From Balamuthia mandrillaris (Eukaryota), in assembly GCA_031835245.2 (NCBI GenBank), contig JAVKOQ020000062.1, forward strand, positions 62,001 through 126,000: a stretch of 64,000 nucleotides of DNA. Direction: 5' to 3'. Shown piece by piece: positions 58,908 to 64,000 of the stretch; the stretch's first letter is position 1, and every line of letters begins with the position of its first letter. The position numbers were made by a program, and so were the translations under genes. The notes beneath the pieces are model-generated. The model was not told the origin of the DNA and ran no database searches. It saw only the letters and a program-made list of their open reading frames with translations.

Positions 58908-59227
58908 GTAATAAAGCCCAACCTCTTGTTGTTGTTGTTTTTCAGCAGTCCAAGCAGTTGTTTGCCTGATTGCTGAAGTGGTGGCTCGCGCATCGAAAAA
59001 TTACTGCAGGGGTAGAGGTCGCAGGGATGCGGGGTGAGTCGGCCAAACTGTGTTGAGCAAAGCTAGCTTCGCATAGAAGACCAGGAGGAGAGGCGCACCC
59101 CCTCGCTCCATCGTTTCTTCCATCGTTGCAAAACCAAGAAGCGGGAAGAGAAAGGATGGGATGGGTGGCAATACTAAAAAGATTTTAGAATGCTTTCAAA
59201 AAAAAAAAAATAACAACAGCAGGCGTT

Positions 59228-60904
59228 TTACAAGGCCGCCCGTTGTGCTTTGGAGGTTTGAGCGGAAAGGGCTTCCTTCAACACAGCAAGGGCGGTGTCG
59301 ATGTCCTCCTTCTTCGAGTCCAGCACGGGTCGGAAGCGAATGGTCTGGGTGCCGCAAGAGATCAACAGAATGCCCTTCTCGTAGGCATAGCCAATGACCT
59401 CCGAGCAGACCTGCGGAGAGGCCAAGTCGAAGCTGCACAGCAAGCCTTTCCCTCGGGTGTTGTTCACCAGCTGAGGGAACTGCTTCTGCAAGGCAAGCAG
59501 GCCTTGCAGCAAGTGCGCACCCACTCTGGCCGAGTTGCCAACCAAGTCCTCCTCCTCGATGATCTCCAGGAAACGGCGCGAGCGCACCATGTCCACCAGG
59601 TTGCCGCCCCAGGTGGAGTTGATGCGGGAGGAGACCTTGAAGACGTTGTCGGGCACTCGGTCGATGCGCTCGGTGGTCATGATGCCGCAGACTTGACTCT
59701 TCTTGCCGAAAGTGATGATGTCGGGGACGGCGCCCAAATGTTGGTAGGCCCAAAACTTGCCGGTCAGGCCCATGCCGCACTGCACCTCGTCGGCGATGAG
59801 GAGGACATCGTACTGGTCGGCCAGCTGGCGGAGGGCCTGCCAGTACTCAGGGCGGAAGTGGTTGTCACCGCCCTCGCCTTGGATGGGTTCGAGGAGGATG
59901 CAAGCAATGTCCGCTCCTTGTTTGTCGAGAATGTCTCTGATTTCCTGTTATTTGTTTTACTGACCGTTAGAAGAAGAAGAACAAGAACAGCAAGGACAAG
60001 AAGAAGAACAGGAAGAAGGACAAGAAGGACAAGAGGAGAACATTGACTTTCAGAAAGAAAAATAAACAAAAAGCAAGAGAACCGTACAGAGAGTGATTTC
60101 TCTTCCTCTTGAATGGTTCTCCGCAGGTTCTCTCCCTCCAAGGGGAAGATGGCCTTAGGATTATGCACGCGCGGCCAGTCCTCAAACCTCGGGAAGTACA
60201 GCCACTTCCTCGGGTCGCTCGTGTTGGTCAGCGAGACGGTGTATCCTCCTCTGCCGTGGAAGGCCTGCTTGAAGTGGATGACCCTCTTGCCTCTCTCCTC
60301 CTTGATGCCCTTGGCAAAGTTGAGCCGGACCTTCCAGTCGAAGGCGGCCTTCAAGGCGTTCTCCACGGCCAAGGTGCCTCCTTGCACCAAGAAGAGGTGC
60401 TTGAACTGGGGAGGCATCGCCACGCGCTCAAAGGTGGCCACAAATTGGGCCATCTCCACGGTGTAGATGTCCGAGTTGGCGGGGTTGTGCAGGGCCACTT
60501 TGGAGATCTGTTTGAGGAACTCGGGGTCCTGCATCTTTGGGTGGTTGTGCTGTTTTTATTTTTTGTTAAAGATAAAAGATTAGAGAAAGGGAAGATGAGA
60601 GGGGGAAGAATGAAAGGAAAGATGAGTGCAGAGAAGAGAAAGAAGAAAAATGAAAGAAAAGAGAAAGAAGAAAAATGAAAGAAAAGAAAAACAAAACAAA
60701 AAAGTGTAGAATGAAAGGAAAGGAAAAAGAGTTTAAAACAACAACACGTACAGAGATGGGCCAGCTGGCGAAGAACGAGAAGAAGTCCAAGTACTCCTTT
60801 CCGGTGCGAGAGTCATGCAGGTACACTCCATGACTCTTGTCCAAGTCGTACACCTATTTGTTGTTTATTTGTTTTCGTTAGCAAAAATGAACTCCGCGAA
60901 AAAG

Positions 60905-60940
<36 letters not shown>

Positions 60941-60961
60941 AAAGAAAAAGAAGGCAAGAGT

Positions 60962-61008
<47 letters not shown>

Positions 61009-61159
61009 AGAACAAAAAACAACGAATGAGTGAAAGGAAAAGAAGTGAAACCATGTCAAAGCCATCGACGAGCAGCCTTCGGCGGAGGACATCGTGCACT
61101 TGGGAAGGCTGAATGCGCTTCACCTGTTCCCTTGTGAGCGGCGCTGCTTGGTGCTGCAT
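59228..61159 (-). CDS. lat: L-lysine 6-transaminase (class III PLP aminotransferase)
   Basis: VHDVLRRRLLVDGFDM, YLDFFSFFAS, NPANSDIYT, GTLAVENALKAAFDWK, AFHGRGGYT, EPIQGEGGDNHFRP, DEVQ, FGKKSQVCG, RINSTWGGNLVDMVR. Confidence 0.93.
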
Positions 61160-61742
61160 TCTCTTTCTTGGTGTGTGTGTGTGTGTCGGTGTTGTGTCGT
61201 GTTTCGTTGAGCAGAAAAGAACGAACAAAAACTGGGTTGTTGTTGTTGTGGCTTGATAATAAAAGGTTTAAGGAAGGAAGAAAGAAAGAAACGTAATGTG
61301 ACGAAGGAAACGAGGAAAGAAAGAAAAGTGGAGAATTCAAAAAATTGACGCATGGCCGAAAAAGTTTGTATGCTTCGTCCAATGCGGGGCCGTGAGATTC
61401 GCCTTAATCTGTAATGCACCTTAATTTTAAGGTACCTCAAATAATTCATAGAATTTCCTTTTAATTATGAAATTAATGTGAAAATTATAACATGCAAATT
61501 ATTCTTGCAGGCTGACCCTTTTTTTCTTCATGGAGAGCAATGAACGGACCGCTTCCCTTCAATCATTATTTTTAAAAATAATGGAAAATAAAGAGAAGAA
61601 TGGAGACGGGAGGTAAGAGCAGACGCAGAGGCCAGAATGAGGATGTGAGAAGCACCAAAGAGAACAAAAACAACTTATCCATTGTTATCTAACACTTTTG
61701 AAAAAAAATTACAGCCGTATTTACAAAGAAACAAAACAAGCG

Positions 61743-63897
61743 TTAGAACAGAACACAATCTTCTTTTGAAAACTTGTCCATATTCTCTCTGTATTCAAGA
61801 TCTGTTTTTGTTTTGTTTTGTTTTTGTTTTGTTGTGTTGAAAAAATGTGGAGTTAGTTAGTTACAAAATCAAAATGAAAATAAAAAGAGTGAGAAAAAGA
61901 ACGTGAAACCTTCTTGTCGATAGAGAGAATTGTAATGCAGCTCCCCAAAGAAAGACAGCCACAGGATGCGTGAACTGTGCTTCTCTCTTGGTTCTATCTC
62001 AAAACATGGAGTATCTTTGTAGGATGTTATCAGGTTGATTTGTATTCCAAATTTATCTGCTGCCGCCTTGTATTGTTGTTGGTTGAAGTCAGAGAGAAAG
62101 AGAGAGCGAGAGCGAGAGAAAGAGAGAGAGAAAACAGGAATGACACACAAGAACAAAACAACAAGAAAAAAGCAATGAGATATAGAGAATACGACAAGAA
62201 CGAAAAGCACAACAAGAAAAAAGGCAAACCTGTAAAGTAAGATGATCGCCCCACTCTCCCTTCTTGGCCATTTTGTCGCAGTATTTATGGTAGTCACCGG
62301 GAACGAACCGGGAGTAATGTTGTGGGTTTTCTCTTAGTTGTTTGACAACCACACTTCGAACGAGACTGTTCAGTTTTGGTGTTGTGTAGAGTTGATCTGA
62401 GATACTGCTAAACTGACAATTTCCTGTTTTGTGTTGAATTTGTTTGGATGAAGTTAATTCTTTTGGATATTTTCTCTTGTTCAATTCCTGCTCTCAGTTG
62501 TTTCTTTGCCCTTCTCTGCTCTGGTTCTCTCTCCACGTTTTTCTTTTTTTTATCGAAAAAAAAAAACAAAGTAAAAATACAAACCGTCACCAGCAACAGG
62601 ATACTCAGCAAGACCATAAAGCTTCAATCGTTTCTTCAATCGCTGTCGGGCCTTTCGAAATTCTTCTCTTCTCTGCACCTGCAGGACCTGTCGAAGACTC
62701 TGCTCGTCGTTCACTTTTGGGGCAAGCGTGCTCTTCTTCAAACCCAATGCACACACTATGTTTTGTATCTTCCTGTCAAAGTAATCTCCCATGGACAAGT
62801 TCTCGGCTTGGAAAAGAAAAGTCAGTTAAAGACATTGAAACGAGCAAACGAGCTTGAGAAGAGAAGAAGAATAGAAGGGCAAGGCAACAAGCGTACGTCC
62901 AAGAAGAGCGTTCTCATGAGCCAAAACTTGGGCAATGGCAGCGTCATCGTCCCCGCTTTCTTGCAGCCTTTCCAAGCTTTTGCGAATAGTATTCGGCATC
63001 GAAGATACCAAATGCCCTGTTGGTTGAGTTAGCGGTCTAAGCCTTAACAAACGAAATCACAAGGTGGAAAAAAGAAAAAGAAAAAGAAGTACGAGAACAC
63101 AAGAAAGAGAGAAACAAACATACGTCGACGATGCGAAACAGAATCTTCTGTCTCGGCGCTTTGTTGGGTGTGTTCCGTGTCATGATTCGAATGTTGTTGT
63201 TGCTGTTCTTTTTCGTTGTTTTTGTCCTTCTCCTTTTCCTTCTCCTTCTCCCATTCCCTATCTTTGTCCTCTTCTTCTATCTGAATACTCGGTATCTCAG
63301 GTTTCAGAAAGGCTTCAAGCCGTTGTTGTTGCTGTTGCTGCTGAGACAGTAGGCTGCGTTGCACTGCTTCTTTAGTTTCTTCTTCCTCCAGTTTTTCATG
63401 GCGCCGTTTTTGTTCTTTGTTGTTCATGTTAGCAAAACAACAACAATTTATAAGAAGAGGACCACTAAGAAAAAGAAAAAAAAAAGAAAAAGAAGAAGAA
63501 GAAGAAGAGGAGGAGGAGGAGGAGGGGAGGAGGAGGAGGAGGAGGAGGAGGAGGAGGAGGAGGAGGAGGAGGAGGAGAGGGGAGGAAGAACAAGAACAAG
63601 TACAAGAACAAGAACAAGAACAAGAACAAGAACAAGAAGAAGAACAAGAACAAGAACAAGAGCAAGAAGAAGAACAAGAACAAGGACAAGAAAAAGAAAA
63701 AGAGGAAGAACAAGATGGTGACAAGAGAAGAGAATGAGCATTCAAGAAGAAGTGAGAGAGAAGAGTGTGCATGTGTTACCAGAGATGGCAGCGGATAGAG
63801 ATAATGCCAAGGCCATGTCCAGATGTTCCTGTTCTTCATTGGAGGGCGCATCAGACCTGAGCCCTTGCGTTCCCACTCCAAACCATGACTTCAGCAT
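61743..63897 (-). CDS. OTU-domain deubiquitinase with UIM-like N-terminal helices and a C-terminal CaaX
   Basis: VAGDG|NCQFSSISDQL, WGDHLTLQAAAD, LWLSFFGELHYNSLY; EQEHLDMALALSLS and EEETKEAVQRSL. Last exon ends EDCVLF*. Confidence 0.9.
63489..63713. repeat. Intronic (GAG)n/(AAGAAC)n microsatellite
   Basis: Seen directly inside OTU gene intron 1. Confidence 0.9.
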
Positions 63898-64000
63898 GTC
63901 TTTTTTTATTTTTGCCTTACGAAGAGAGAGAGAGAGAGCGAGCTGAAAGCGGCCCAGCCTTTTTGTTTTTGTTTGTTGTTGTTGTTTTTCTCAAGTGTCA

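Noticed and set aside
58980..59160. GC-rich intergenic stretch considered as tRNA/ncRNA
   Set aside because: No cloverleaf, A/B box or snoRNA boxes recognised. No tRNA or rRNA was seen anywhere in the window.

Overview
This is a gene-dense, intron-rich eukaryotic window: short GT-AG introns often carry CT/GA microsatellites. Style and gene content suggest a free-living amoebozoan (Acanthamoeba/Balamuthia-like), which is an inference. Recognisable genes, in order: partial hypothetical gene, homeodomain protein, C18orf63/DUF4708-like protein, PH-domain protein, FAD oxidoreductase-Rieske fusion (YhfW-like), WDR26/GID7, two tandem damaged Ser/Thr kinase paralogues, Kae1/OSGEP, multi-TM receptor-like TKL kinase, DECR2-like SDR, atypical P450, PITRM1/PreP, 4-TM claudin-like protein, a giant (~14.4 kb) DUF3638/DUF3645 SF2-type NTPase, L-lysine 6-transaminase and an OTU deubiquitinase. 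Two things stand out. (1) A microsatellite-bounded, partly CpG-depleted island at 7.1-12.9 kb holds decaying P-loop NTPase genes, including a Crinkler/RHS-type NTPase plus restriction-endonuclease-fold gene whose N-terminus resembles a mitochondrial presequence. (2) The giant NTPase is bracketed by two homologous lectin-like domains and also carries EF-hands and a ubiquitin-binding-type zinc finger. Family assignments come from motif recognition by eye, not database searches. Spliced-gene coordinates are outer start/stop bounds.
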